A DNA stretch of 64,000 nucleotides from positions 32,001 through 96,000 of the forward strand of contig CAVTUQ010000039.1 in NCBI GenBank assembly GCA_963737905.1, written 5' to 3'. Shown here piece after piece: positions 1-10,052 of this stretch; positions within the stretch are counted from its first letter, which is position 1; each line of letters opens with the position of its first letter. This stretch comes from an uncultured delta proteobacterium (GTDB lineage Bacteria > Desulfobacterota > Binatia > UBA9968). Under the pieces are notes generated by a model. The model made no database searches and was not told the origin of the DNA. It was given only the letters and a program-made list of their open reading frames with translations. Made by a program: the position numbers and the translations under genes.

Positions 1-211
1 CTTCAGGTGTGAGATTCGGAGAGGGTTGGCTTTGCTGGGAGCCCTGGCCGTAGCCTGGCCCGTAACCTTGACCACCACCCATCATTCCTTGTCCTCCTCC
101 GCCGTAACCTTGCCCCATCATACCTCCACCCATTTGGGCGAAAGCGTAAGATGTTAATGTGATAAGAAATAATGCCAGTGGAATGACAAGTGGCTTCTTT
201 TTGATGTTCAT
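1..211 (-). CDS. Secreted Met/Gly-rich protein, ZraP/Spy/CpxP-like periplasmic heavy-metal sensor or chaperone (runs off window edge)
   Basis: Manual translation, not in ORF track: MNIKKKPLVIPLALFLITLTSYAFA-QMGGGMMGQGYGGGGQGMMGGGQGYGPGYG...PNLTPE. Signal peptide ends AFA; GGAG RBS; sigma54 box upstream. Confidence 0.7.
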   Translation of the reverse strand, partial: MNIKKKPLVIPLALFLITLTSYAFAQMGGGMMGQGYGGGGQGMMGGGQGYGPGYGQGSQQSQPSPNLTPE

Positions 212-249
212 TGCTGCTCCGCATTAAGTTGATTTGGAAAATATAAACC

Positions 250-265
250 AGCAAAGCTAGTGCCA
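250..265 (-). promoter_or_regulatory. sigma54 (-24/-12) promoter
   Basis: Minus strand reads TGGCACTAGCTTTGCT, matching TGGCAC-N5-TTGCW, about 40 nt upstream of the ATG at 211. Confidence 0.75.
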
Positions 266-525
266 TCATTCCTGCGCTCCGTGTTTCTTTGCTTGCGCGC
301 ACTGTTTAGTCCGTAAGAAGTCGAGTTCATTAAATAAGGCCGCCACTTTTTCGAAGGCCAAAGGATATTTCCACATCACTCAGACCAATACGCCACAGTT
401 AGCACGCATTTTTGTCGCACTTTCGCCGGAGACGAAGCAATATGCTTTCCTCATATTTCGCTTCAATGACAAAATACCAGTGTTCGATTCTCATTCTTGC
501 AAATGACTCTATCCTCTAAACAGCT

Positions 526-3030
526 CTATAGCTTCATCTTGTTAAGCCGCAGCGCATTGGTAATCACCGACACTGAACTGAACGTCATCGCGGCGCTCGC
601 AATGATCGGACTTAACAAGAGGCCAAAGAAGGGATAGAGCGCTCCGGCCGCAATGGGAATTCCCAAGATATTGTAGATGAAAGCAAAGAACAGGTTCTGG
701 CGTATGTTCCGCATCGTTCCGTGGCTGAGCCGGCGCGCGTTGGCGATGCCTCTAAGATCACCTTTGACAAGTGTTATCCCCGCGCTTTCCATTGCTACGT
801 CAGTCCCCGTTCCCATCGCTATGCCCACATGCGCCTGAGCCAGAGCCGGAGCATCATTGATTCCGTCACCTGCCATCGCGACCATTTTCCCTTCCGCTTG
901 CAGACGCTTGACGACCTCGCCTTTCTGCTCGGGCAAAACCTCCGCTTGAATCTCATCGATCCCGAGCTTGCCCGCCACGGCTTCGGCCGTCGTGCGATTG
1001 TCCCCGGTGAGCATCACGATTTTGACTCCTTCCTTGTGCAACAGCTGGATCGCTTCGGGAGTCGAGTTCTTGATCGGGTCGGCCACACCGACCAGACCCA
1101 CAAGCTCGCGCTCGACAACGACGGACATGACTGTCTGTCCGTCACGGCGCAGTTCCTCGGCGCGATTCGACAACGCCGTAGGTCGCACACCCATTTCTTC
1201 GAGGAGCTTTTGATTTCCGAGCCCCACTGCTTTTCCGTCTACGGTACCCATCACACCTTTTCCCGTGACAGAGCGAAAGTCCGTTGCCTCAGTAAGCTTG
1301 ATGCCCCGCTCACGAGTCCCGTCAACGATGGCCGCGGCGAGCGGATGTTCGCTCCCTCGCTCGAGGCTCCCCGCCAACCGCAGAATTTCGTCTTCGTTTT
1401 TACCGCTCGCGGGAATCACCGACACGAGGCGGGGCTTGCCCTCGGTGAGCGTTCCAGTCTTATCGACCACAAGCGTGTCAATTTTTTCCATCACCTCCAG
1501 AGCTTCCGCATTCTTGATCAGCACTCCGGCTCCCGCCCCGCGCCCCGTGCCCACCATAATTGACACCGGGGTAGCCAATCCCAACGCACAGGGGCAGGCG
1601 ATGATTAATACCGCCACTGCATTGACGAGAGCATGGGCCAAGCGCGGCGCCGGCCCCACCAGCCCCCAGATCACAAAGGTGATGATCGCCACCAAAACAA
1701 CTGCTGGGACGAAATAAGAGGCAACGATGTCTGCCAACTTCTGTATCGGCGCGCGGCTTCGTTGGGCTTCGCTTACCATACGAACGATTTGAGCAAGGAG
1801 CGTATCGCTTCCTACACGCTCGGCCCGCATGGTAAAGCTTCCAGTCCCATTGACGGTTCCGCCTGTAATGCGACTCTCTTTCACTTTTTCTACCGGAATG
1901 GGCTCGCCAGTGATCATCGACTCGTCAACCGACGTGGTGCCGTCCAGCACCACGCCGTCAACCGGGATTTTTTCTCCGGGACGGACCCGAAGGCGATCAC
2001 CCGGCGTTACGCGCTCCAACGGAATATCCTCTTCGCTCCCATCGTCGCGTAGCAGCCGCGCTGTTTTAGGCGCAAGTCCGAGCAGCGCTTTGATAGCGCT
2101 ACTGGTTCGGCTGCGGGCTCGCAGCTCAAGCACCTGACCCAGGAGAACCAAGGTTGTGATGACCGCGGCAGCGTCAAAATAAACTGCGACCTGTCCTTCA
2201 GGCCCGCGGAACGATTCTGGAAATAGGTTCGGAAATATCGCCGCAATGAGACTGTAAACGTAGGCCGTTCCGACACCGATGGCGATGAGGGTGAACATGT
2301 TGAGACTACGATTAACGATCGATGCCCAACCGCGCTGGAAGAACGGCCAACCACCCCAGAGGACAACGGGAGTGGCAAGCGCTAATTGAAACCAGTTGAG
2401 AAAATGCGGTGAAAACCAGCGGTGAACCGGCTGGCCCGGAATAAATTCGGCAAGAGCGAAAAATAGCAGAGGGGCACTAATAACCGCGCTAATCCAAAAC
2501 CTCCTTGTCATGTCCACAAGCTCGGGATTCGCTTCCTCTTCCAGTGTGACAGTTCTCGGCTCGAGCGCCATGCCGCAGATCGGACAGGATCCCGGCTCCG
2601 GCCGCACAATCTCTGGATGCATCGGGCAAACATATTCGGTTCTGCTCGGAGAAAATGAGGTCGGGCTCTCCGGCTCCAGAGTCATGCCGCATTTGGGGCA
2701 AGGTCCAGGCTTGTTTTCGCGAACCTCCGGATCCATAGGACAGACATAGGCGACAGACTGTGCGTCGCGTTCGCCGTGCGTACCGCTGCTCCCGCTTCTC
2801 CCGGTTTTTTCCTTCCCCCTCGACGGGGGAAGGTCAGGATGGGGGTGCCACGATTCCGGATGCACACGTGTACCCTGCTCATTAGCGCTGGACTTCAGAA
2901 ACTTCTCAGGATCTTCTTTGAACTTTGCCAAGCAATGCTTGCTGCAAAAATAATAGACCCGCCCGTCATGCTCGTGCTTTCCCGCGGCGCTATTCGGTTG
3001 AACCTCCATTCCACAAACAGGATCAATCAT
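526..3030 (-). CDS. copA: Copper-translocating P1B-type ATPase with N-terminal YHS and two YxCPM metal-binding domains
   Basis: DPVCGM...YYFCS (YHS), YVCPMDP and YVCPMHP domains, [28 protein letters not shown] and YN motifs. Start moved to MIDPVC at 3030 because of the GGGAG RBS. Confidence 0.95.
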   Translation of the reverse strand: MIDPVCGMEVQPNSAAGKHEHDGRVYYFCSKHCLAKFKEDPEKFLKSSANEQGTRVHPESWHPHPDLPPSRGKEKTGRSGSSGTHGERDAQSVAYVCPMDPEVRENKPGPCPKCGMTLEPESPTSFSPSRTEYVCPMHPEIVRPEPGSCPICGMALEPRTVTLEEEANPELVDMTRRFWISAVISAPLLFFALAEFIPGQPVHRWFSPHFLNWFQLALATPVVLWGGWPFFQRGWASIVNRSLNMFTLIAIGVGTAYVYSLIAAIFPNLFPESFRGPEGQVAVYFDAAAVITTLVLLGQVLELRARSRTSSAIKALLGLAPKTARLLRDDGSEEDIPLERVTPGDRLRVRPGEKIPVDGVVLDGTTSVDESMITGEPIPVEKVKESRITGGTVNGTGSFTMRAERVGSDTLLAQIVRMVSEAQRSRAPIQKLADIVASYFVPAVVLVAIITFVIWGLVGPAPRLAHALVNAVAVLIIACPCALGLATPVSIMVGTGRGAGAGVLIKNAEALEVMEKIDTLVVDKTGTLTEGKPRLVSVIPASGKNEDEILRLAGSLERGSEHPLAAAIVDGTRERGIKLTEATDFRSVTGKGVMGTVDGKAVGLGNQKLLEEMGVRPTALSNRAEELRRDGQTVMSVVVERELVGLVGVADPIKNSTPEAIQLLHKEGVKIVMLTGDNRTTAEAVAGKLGIDEIQAEVLPEQKGEVVKRLQAEGKMVAMAGDGINDAPALAQAHVGIAMGTGTDVAMESAGITLVKGDLRGIANARRLSHGTMRNIRQNLFFAFIYNILGIPIAAGALYPFFGLLLSPIIASAAMTFSSVSVITNALRLNKMKL
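2811..2848. repeat. REP-like palindromic element lying in-frame in the ATPase linker
   Basis: CCTTCCCCC-TCGAC-GGGGGAAGG perfect 9-bp stem followed by TCAGGATGGGGGTG; encodes [12 protein letters not shown]. Confidence 0.6.
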
Positions 3031-3082
3031 TGTTGAATCTCCCTGGGGCATAAACGACACTCCCAAACGATTTGTACCGCAT

Positions 3083-3745
3083 TTACTGCTCACTTTCTCG
3101 AAACGCACCCGCCGACATCAACTTTTTCCACTCGCCTTGTCTGGAAAAAAACATCGGCACGCTTTGCCGATAGGCTTCATAGGCGGCGCCGAATTTCTGC
3201 ACCATCTTTTCCTCTTCTTTTTTCGAAAGGCGATAATAAACCCACACGATAACGGGAAATAAAACCACTGTCGGAATGGTCGGCCAGTGAATCAACTGGC
3301 CAAAGACCGCAAGAAAAATACCCGTGTACTGAGGATGCCGGACAACGCCGTAAAGCTTGTCCGTCGCTAGCCGCCCTTCCTTGGTTGCAAGATAAATTTC
3401 CTTCCAACCCTCCGCGAGTAGAGAGATGCCGGCAAAAACGAAGGTGTATCCCACGATCATTTCAACCATGGCGCCCAGAGGTCCCCAGCCAAAGAGATAG
3501 GCCCAGAGGTGGCCGGTGTCGTGTGCCCAGGGAAGCTTTATTCCCAACCAGCCGGTCAACAGATAGATCGTCAGTGGAAAGCCGTACATCTCTGCGTATA
3601 GAGCGATGATGAAGGCCTGGACGAGACGAGCCCTTGTCCATTCTCTCCACCCTTTAGGCGCCACATAGCGGTAAAGGATCCATGAAGCTATCACCATCAT
3701 GATGATCGAAAGCTCCCAAAAACCGATGTCTGATCCCTGGTCCAT
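3083..3745 (-). CDS. Isoprenylcysteine carboxyl methyltransferase (ICMT/PEMT) family membrane protein
   Basis: [23 protein letters not shown] and EE...FG..YE.Y...VPMF motifs; several TM segments. Confidence 0.85.
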   Translation of the reverse strand: MDQGSDIGFWELSIIMMVIASWILYRYVAPKGWREWTRARLVQAFIIALYAEMYGFPLTIYLLTGWLGIKLPWAHDTGHLWAYLFGWGPLGAMVEMIVGYTFVFAGISLLAEGWKEIYLATKEGRLATDKLYGVVRHPQYTGIFLAVFGQLIHWPTIPTVVLFPVIVWVYYRLSKKEEEKMVQKFGAAYEAYRQSVPMFFSRQGEWKKLMSAGAFRESEQ

Positions 3746-3882
3746 TGACGTGTCCTTATCCCTCAGCCCATGTAAGCGACAAAACGTAGTCGTATTCGCG
3801 TCCTTCGGGGATCGATTTCCAACAGCACTGGCCGGACGGCCACAAAAGGAAATCCATCTTCATTCAACCCGCTTCGACCGTA

Positions 3883-5139
3883 TCAGCGATCGAGAACCTC
3901 CTTTATCAACTTCAATTCATCCCGCATCAGTCTCGGCAGCAAGAAATTCTCCCGCACCTTTTCTCGCCCGGCAGCACCGAAGGCATTTCTCTCTTCTACA
4001 TTGTCCAACAGGTCCAAGACCTTGTTTGCACATCCCTCGACATCCTCAACCAGATACTCTTGATAGGCTTCCGGAAACTGCATGGGAATTCCGCCCGCTC
4101 GTCCGGCGACCACCGGTTTTCCCTTCCATAACGCTTCGGACACGACCAAGCCGAATCCTTCTCTGAGCGACTTTTGAATCACCACGTCGGCGCCGCGTTG
4201 AAACGCGTTCACTTCCATATTTCCCACTCCGGTGAGATTCGTGAACACGTACATGTCCTTGTCCTTTGCCGATTCGGCGTTGATAATTTCCAGCATGCGC
4301 CAGCCCTCCGGATCATCTCCGGCCATGGCGCCGATGAGCGCCAACTGGACTTCCGGTCGCTTTTCTTTTGCCAAACGATACGCCTTGATGACGCCCAACG
4401 GATCCTTCCATGGATCAAATCGGGAGACCTGAAGTAGCAGGGGGCGGTTAAGATCAACGCCGGCATTGGCCAGTGCTCGTTTGCAAACCTCCTCTGGAAG
4501 ATCCATGTTTTTTGTGCTCAGAGGATCGATGGCGGGAGGAATGAAGACCGCGTGTGCCGTATTCAGGTCCGGCGGGCAAAACTCTGTCATCGTAAAAACC
4601 ACGGCGTCGTATTCCTCGATGAAGGGCTTCAGAAAGTTCCATACACGGGGGTTAGGCTCCGAGCTATCGATGTGGCAGCGCCAGATCCAGCGCGCCCGGT
4701 TCGCTTTCGCAAAGTGTCTCAAAGCGGCGGGCTGTGGGTCGTGAACGACGTAAACATCATAGGCGCCTTCAATCATCTGGGCACAGGCACGGTCACGATC
4801 GAGATAGGTTCGCTTGATCGTCTCCGTGAGATCGAGATCTGCACCTTGCAGAGCATTATGAAACGCCTTCGTCACTTCGAAAAAAGGCGCGTCGCCGTGG
4901 ATAACTCTCCAATCTGCGTTCACTCCCATCGCATCCAGGATGGGAATTTCCGCAGCGAGAAGCTCGGCGACGCCGCCGCCGGCTGCGGTGGCATTGATCT
5001 GGCAAATTCGAATTCCCGCTAACGAATTCGCCAACCTTTCCAACTCATCGATCAAGGCATCACCGACCAAGGGACGGTAATTGTCCGGATCGGTCGACTG
5101 CGCGCAGCAGTGACGACCAACACTTACTTGTGGAAGCAT
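3883..5139 (-). CDS. GT4 glycosyltransferase, trehalose synthase TreT-like
   Basis: INATAAGGGVAELL, TKAFHNALQG, VHDPQP, WRCHID, QVSRFDPWKDP and KSLREGFGLVVSEALWK motifs. Confidence 0.85.
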   Translation of the reverse strand: MLPQVSVGRHCCAQSTDPDNYRPLVGDALIDELERLANSLAGIRICQINATAAGGGVAELLAAEIPILDAMGVNADWRVIHGDAPFFEVTKAFHNALQGADLDLTETIKRTYLDRDRACAQMIEGAYDVYVVHDPQPAALRHFAKANRARWIWRCHIDSSEPNPRVWNFLKPFIEEYDAVVFTMTEFCPPDLNTAHAVFIPPAIDPLSTKNMDLPEEVCKRALANAGVDLNRPLLLQVSRFDPWKDPLGVIKAYRLAKEKRPEVQLALIGAMAGDDPEGWRMLEIINAESAKDKDMYVFTNLTGVGNMEVNAFQRGADVVIQKSLREGFGLVVSEALWKGKPVVAGRAGGIPMQFPEAYQEYLVEDVEGCANKVLDLLDNVEERNAFGAAGREKVRENFLLPRLMRDELKLIKEVLDR

Positions 5140-6137
5140 AAGATCACCTCCCGCATAAACTTAGCTGTCTCTTCGGGCAAAGCAGTGTTAATAGACATCC
5201 CCGAGCCCAGTTCAAACCCGGCGACCTTCGTCAATCGAGGAATGATCTGAATGTGCCAAAGATAATAGCTCTTCTGTTCGTCCTCCACTGGGGCTGAATG
5301 AATGACGTAGTTGTAATCCGGGTCCCCCAGCGCTTCGTGAAGCGATTCGAGGGTCACCTTGAGCACATGGGCCAACTCCGGGAGATCTTCTTCGGGGACT
5401 TTACCAAAGCTCGGTTGGTGCTTTTTCGGTCCGATCCAAGTTTCAAACGGGAATTTCGATGCAAAAGGATGAAAGACCACGAACTGCTCGGTATCAATGA
5501 TGAGTCTCTCCCGAAGCGCGGTTTCATCCTGCAGAACGTCGCAATAAAGACACCGCCCCGTGTCATCATAGTAAGTGGTCGCCACCTCGTATTTTCGCCT
5601 GATATCCTTTGGAACTACGGGTGTCGCAATCACCTGCGAGTGCGGGTGTTCGAGCGATGTTCCCGCAGATTCCCCGTGATTTCGGAATATTAAAATCAGT
5701 TTTGCCCAGCCTTCCTCACGAAGACGGCGATATCTTTCTTGATAGGCTCTCAATACGTCGAGAATCTGCGTTTCCGGCAAAAGCGCGAGGGTCTGTTCAT
5801 GCTCCGGCGTTTCGATGATCACCTCGTGGGCGCCAACGCCTTCCATCTCGCGGTAAATGCTTCCGACCTTTTTGTGTTCGATTGTCCCACCCGGGACGAG
5901 AGCGGCGAACTTATTAGAAACGACCCTGACGGACCAAGGTGAACTTTCATTTTTTCGGAGAACAAAGATTTCAGGAGGAGTCGAAGTTTCGTTTCCTGGA
6001 CAAAAGGGACAGGTCGCTTTCGACCTTTCTCCCTCACGAGGAAAACCGTGTTTCACAAAGTCGTGGGGACGCTTCGCCCTCTCGGTCGCAAAGATCACCC
6101 ATTCTTTGGTTGTCGGATCTTGTCTAAGTGTGGGCAA
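5124..6137 (-). CDS. galT: Galactose-1-phosphate uridylyltransferase family (GalT-like HIT nucleotidyltransferase)
   Basis: ERAKRP, CPFCPGNE, GAHEVIIE, AGTSLEHPHSQ (catalytic HPH) and AGFELGSG motifs. Confidence 0.88.
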   Translation of the reverse strand: MPTLRQDPTTKEWVIFATERAKRPHDFVKHGFPREGERSKATCPFCPGNETSTPPEIFVLRKNESSPWSVRVVSNKFAALVPGGTIEHKKVGSIYREMEGVGAHEVIIETPEHEQTLALLPETQILDVLRAYQERYRRLREEGWAKLILIFRNHGESAGTSLEHPHSQVIATPVVPKDIRRKYEVATTYYDDTGRCLYCDVLQDETALRERLIIDTEQFVVFHPFASKFPFETWIGPKKHQPSFGKVPEEDLPELAHVLKVTLESLHEALGDPDYNYVIHSAPVEDEQKSYYLWHIQIIPRLTKVAGFELGSGMSINTALPEETAKFMREVILCFHK

Positions 6138-6170
6138 TGTTCTTTTCCTTGTTAACCGAGCGCTTTTTGC

Positions 6171-6317
6171 CTAATCCTTGGCATACTTCTCTGGCTCCTT
6201 CTCAAACTTCGCCTTGCATCCCGCAGAACAGAAGTAATAGGTCTTTCCTTTGTAGTCAGCCGTGCCGGCGGCTTTACTTTCGTCTACATTCATTCCACAA
6301 ATTGGATCCTTTGCCAT
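6171..6317 (-). CDS. YHS domain protein (48 aa)
   Basis: MAKDPICGM...YYFCSAGCKAKFEKEPEKY; GGAGGGAG RBS. Confidence 0.88.
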   Translation of the reverse strand: MAKDPICGMNVDESKAAGTADYKGKTYYFCSAGCKAKFEKEPEKYAKD

Positions 6318-6400
6318 TGTCGTCTCCCTCCTTGCCAACTTCATGTTCATTTGTCCGTGTATGCTCTCTGTTTTAGATTTTCTCTTTGGCCGCGCAACTC

Positions 6401-6916
6401 TCATGCAGACTTCCTCACGGCGATTTGATCTCCTCGAACATTCACAACATACGGTTCCAATGGTCTCGGAGGCGGTCCAGCTATGTTTTTTCCGTTGGGA
6501 TCATAATGGCCGTTATGGCACGCGCACCAAATGTGACTCAGGTCGAGCCGGTACTGAACGATACAAGCGAGATGGGTGCAAATTGCGGTAAAGGCCCTCA
6601 GATCTCCATCCGGAGTTCGAATCAAGATTCCCGGCTGGCTCCCGAACTTGAAGATCTGCCCGCTGTTGGCTTTTACGTCCTCCGGTTTGATTGACAGGGT
6701 CACAGCGCGAGCCGTTGACTCCTCTACTCTCGGCGGAACGATGTATCGTGTCACCGGGTATAGGGTCGAAACGATTAACGCGCCGGCACTGGTCCCCAGA
6801 AACCAGTTAAGAAGCTCCCGGCGGCTAACGTTCCACCCGCCGCCATCTTCCGTTTGCGTCGTCACACTACCAACGCTTTTTTTCTTCTGCCAAGATGAAC
6901 CCACGTTAAGTTTCAT
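6401..6916 (-). CDS. Tat-exported Rieske [2Fe-2S] protein (QcrA/PetC-like)
   Basis: SRRELL twin-arginine motif plus TM helix; CTHLAC and CACHNGHY boxes; GPPPRPL. ATG overlaps the cyclase stop (ATGA, 6913-6916). Confidence 0.88.
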   Translation of the reverse strand: MKLNVGSSWQKKKSVGSVTTQTEDGGGWNVSRRELLNWFLGTSAGALIVSTLYPVTRYIVPPRVEESTARAVTLSIKPEDVKANSGQIFKFGSQPGILIRTPDGDLRAFTAICTHLACIVQYRLDLSHIWCACHNGHYDPNGKNIAGPPPRPLEPYVVNVRGDQIAVRKSA

Positions 6917-7836
6917 TTGATTCTTTCCTGTATGCTTTCCGCCCGTGGCGGAAGCGACGAATCCGATTTCACTGTCTCCGCCCAAAGGACTTCATACACT
7001 CGGTGAAGTCCTGAGAACCCTTTCAAGCGCGCGAACCCAAGGAAGTGGATAGGAACCGACACCGGCGCCTGTTTGCGCAACTCCTGGGCTGCCTCTTCGT
7101 CAATAAAAATCCGATTACGTTCGGGGATCTCATTCAGTTTGCTGTTCTCACCCTCTACTTGCCTGAAACTCTCGGCCACGAGTCCCTGAAGACGAAAGGC
7201 TTTATTGATCGCTGCGCCATGACGGTCACCGGTGCCATCCATGAAAATTTCGCCATAGCTGATCCCCGCGCGCAGTTCCAAGCTAGGGGCGGGTGAAAGA
7301 TCCGGCGGCCGTTCGATGAAATCCCTCAACAGGCCAGTCGCTGTCTGACATGCACTCAAGACCGAGGGGAAAGTCATGAAACAACCGTCACCAGTGTTTT
7401 TCGTGAAAGTAGGTCCACGGGCGTTAGCCAGGGCTGAAGTACGCTCCTGCAAAATCTCTGCGGCATGCAGAGCTAATCCCTCGCCATAATGAGTCGCAAG
7501 ATGCGTGGAGCCCACCAAATCCACGACCAGAACCGCTTCGCTTATGGAAACCTCCGGGGTTTGTCTCCTGCGCATTCGTGATCGAATGACTCGGTATGCA
7601 AAAATTCCAACCCCCCCAAGGGCCAAGCCAAGCAACACCAAAAAGGTCCGCTACCGATAAAATGGTGTTGGTTCGAGCAGGCGCTCCATCGGCATTTCGC
7701 CGATCTGCTCCTCTGGCATCATTCGGCCGGCTCCCGGACTTTCCTGCGCCACCGCGCCAACGGACGACAACGCCACTACCACCGCGATAACCAGTATCCA
7801 CGAGACACCCAACCCTGTTTGATTCCGATTGAACAC
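6913..7836 (-). pseudogene. Membrane-anchored class III adenylate cyclase interrupted by one in-frame TAG at 7651-7653
   Basis: ORFs 7651-7836 and 6913-7641 are in frame (...PFYR*RTFLVLLG...). Signal peptide, Met-rich loop, TM helix, then VDLVGST, KNTGDG and DRHGAAINKAFR. Confidence 0.75.
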
Positions 7837-8030
7837 TAGCTTAGATCCTTCTTTCTCGATTCAAACTCTTCCCTACTAATCTCACCCCGCGCATAGCGCT
7901 GACGCGGAATCTCAAATGCCGAATCGGATTGAGACTCCTTGCCCTGACCCATCAGCCAGCGAACGGCAACGACAACCGCCACGACTATCAGCAGCCAAAC
8001 TAAAATCATCATGATCAGTCTTGCCTCCAA
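7836..8030 (-). CDS. SHOCT domain membrane protein
   Basis: TM helix followed by RYARGEISREEFE. Confidence 0.8.
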   Translation of the reverse strand: MEARLIMMILVWLLIVVAVVVAVRWLMGQGKESQSDSAFEIPRQRYARGEISREEFESRKKDLS

Positions 8031-8042
8031 AGTACTGTTGCT

Positions 8043-8498
8043 CTACGTCATTGCATGAGCCTTCGAAAACTTGACGACCCTGCTGGCCATGTAAGCTATT
8101 CCTGCGAGGTTGCACGCCAATCCGAACCAGAACAATTCAATTTGATATTGCGCCACCAAAGCGATCGCCCCGGCGGCACCCACCACCGGGAGGATGTTGG
8201 TCAGGTAATGCGCGCAACACGAAATCATCGCCGCAGTGGAGGTCGTCCCCGACACGGCGACGACTTTGCCTGACATGTCCATGTCCCGGATTGCGCTTCG
8301 AAGATAGCTGTAGAGTCCAATCTGTACGCCGAATCCAGCCGCCAGTGAAACAATAAAATACCAAAAGTCCAAAAATTGCCTGACGGTGAACTCCCAACCC
8401 GACACCGCGGCAAGAATCACAAAGTAGACCCCGAGCAGAGCCGCCATTGCACTAACTCCGAAAGCAACCGAACTCCAAATAATCCTAGTCCGGTTCAC
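8043..8498 (-). CDS. Membrane protein with CCAH motif (heavy-metal island hypothetical)
   Basis: About four TM segments; SGTTSTAAMISCCAHY; GTG start after GAGGGGA. Confidence 0.75.
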   Translation of the reverse strand: MNRTRIIWSSVAFGVSAMAALLGVYFVILAAVSGWEFTVRQFLDFWYFIVSLAAGFGVQIGLYSYLRSAIRDMDMSGKVVAVSGTTSTAAMISCCAHYLTNILPVVGAAGAIALVAQYQIELFWFGLACNLAGIAYMASRVVKFSKAHAMT

Positions 8499-8585
8499 CT
8501 TTTTCCCCTCTCTCGCTATCAAATAGACTTTCCACGCCAGGCCGATCCAATCGCGCGACATCCACGCAAATTTTTGCCGACTCTC

Positions 8586-8840
8586 TCAGCCCCATTTGCG
8601 TTGATAAAAATTGTAGATCGGCGTGTAGACCAGTCCCCCATAGACTCCATAAAGAAAACTCTCCACCAAACCGATAACAAAGCTCCCCACGGTCAACCAC
8701 TTGAAACCCGGCAACGTAATCTCCAGGAACTGCACCATATGAAAAGTTTCCGGGACGACCAGGCCGTACACCACGCAAACGACATAGCTAACCGTCGTAA
8801 AAGTCGCCAGTGACCACGTCAGAACGCGAATGTTCAGCAT
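8586..8840 (-). CDS. DUF5676-like membrane protein
   Basis: 84 aa, two TM segments, SYVVCV...LPGFKWL...GLVES...YN; GGAGGAG RBS. Confidence 0.7.
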   Translation of the reverse strand: MLNIRVLTWSLATFTTVSYVVCVVYGLVVPETFHMVQFLEITLPGFKWLTVGSFVIGLVESFLYGVYGGLVYTPIYNFYQRKWG

Positions 8841-8864
8841 ATGCTCCTCCAGTCATTCTTGTTT

Positions 8865-10052
8865 CTATTCAAAGACAGCCCTTTGATTATGACTGTCATG
8901 GCATGCCTCCAAGGTCATTTGCTCCTTCATGTGCGTGCACCAGACACAACTGCAATCCTCGTGATGGCAGTTCTTATCCTCCACCTTCATTCGCTTCAAA
9001 GCGTTCGCTAATATTACCGCAAGGGGATAAAGGGCATTCTTCAGGGGTGAAGGATCGTAGGCCTTCCTGAGAACGTCCCGCAGATCGGCTGTTCTTGCGA
9101 TCCGTCGCGCAATAAAATCATAGCCCCGATTTCCGAGGAACTCGTGGATCATCCGATTTGAAAGCGAGGTTCGGAGAAGCGCCAGGATTTCTTGCTTCCA
9201 AAGTTCGTCGTAGTTCGTGCCCCGAATGATGCTCTGGGCCGCCAAGAATCCGGACCTCATCGCATATCGCATTCCAAAACCGAAAAGTGCCTCTTGAAAC
9301 CCCGCTGACTCTCCGAGGTAAAGTTTTTTTCCTTCTATAGCGGTGGGACGCAGGAAGAAATTTCCATAGCCGCCGAATTCCTTCGCATTCCTCATCTCCA
9401 TCGGAACCAGCTTTCGGAATGTCTCTAAGGTCCTTTTAAGGTAGATTTTCTCGTTGCGAAAATCTCGCCCGATTACGGTCGCAAGAGTGGCTCGCCCCTG
9501 ATTAACCAGAAGATAAGCGTAGCCCTTCGGAGCAAGCCGGTCGTCTACGATTGCAAATGCTTCGTCTTCAAGATCTGTTTCAAAAACTACTCCCTTGGCA
9601 ATCAGGTCCGCCGCGCGTGGGCCAACTGCAATAATTCCTCCGCCATCTATGTTCCAGACCCGCGCGTTGAATTTAACCTTCACCCCTGCGGCTTCGGCTT
9701 GTCGCAAAAGGCCAAAATCCAAACATCTCTTTTCCCTTCCTCTTTCGACTAGGTAAAAAAGCGGCTCACGGGTTCGGATCTCGCGTCGCCGTAGATTCGG
9801 AGAAACAAAAATGCCGCCTCGATACGGTTCAAAACGAAAATTTACCTCCACGTTGATCAGCCTGAGAAAATCTTTCACGTCACTTACCGTCGTCCAGTTT
9901 TCTATTCCCTGAAAATCTCCATGAAAGCGATGACCAACCCCAGGAGCAGCCTCGTGCAAGGTGACGTCAATGCCCGCTCTGGCAAGATTGATAGCAGCGA
10001 CAAGCCCTGCCGGACCGGCCCCGATGACGCTTATTAATCCCGTACGGTTCAT
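8865..10052 (-). CDS. FAD-dependent oxidoreductase (geranylgeranyl-reductase-like) with C-terminal CHHEDCSCVWC tail
   Basis: VIGAGPAG Rossmann motif, APKGYAYL, GESAGFQ..FGFGMRYA. ATGA overlap with the cytochrome c stop. Confidence 0.85.
   Translation of the reverse strand: MNRTGLISVIGAGPAGLVAAINLARAGIDVTLHEAAPGVGHRFHGDFQGIENWTTVSDVKDFLRLINVEVNFRFEPYRGGIFVSPNLRRREIRTREPLFYLVERGREKRCLDFGLLRQAEAAGVKVKFNARVWNIDGGGIIAVGPRAADLIAKGVVFETDLEDEAFAIVDDRLAPKGYAYLLVNQGRATLATVIGRDFRNEKIYLKRTLETFRKLVPMEMRNAKEFGGYGNFFLRPTAIEGKKLYLGESAGFQEALFGFGMRYAMRSGFLAAQSIIRGTNYDELWKQEILALLRTSLSNRMIHEFLGNRGYDFIARRIARTADLRDVLRKAYDPSPLKNALYPLAVILANALKRMKVEDKNCHHEDCSCVWCTHMKEQMTLEACHDSHNQRAVFE

Noticed and set aside
3-302. 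99-aa ORF in the track
   Set aside because: Wrong frame. The frame starting at 211 has a signal peptide, RBS and promoter, and the listed ORF overlaps that promoter.
7651-7653. Pyrrolysine or amber recoding of the in-frame TAG
   Set aside because: No pyl genes in the window, many genes here use TAG as a normal stop, and the site is a juxtamembrane linker rather than an active site.
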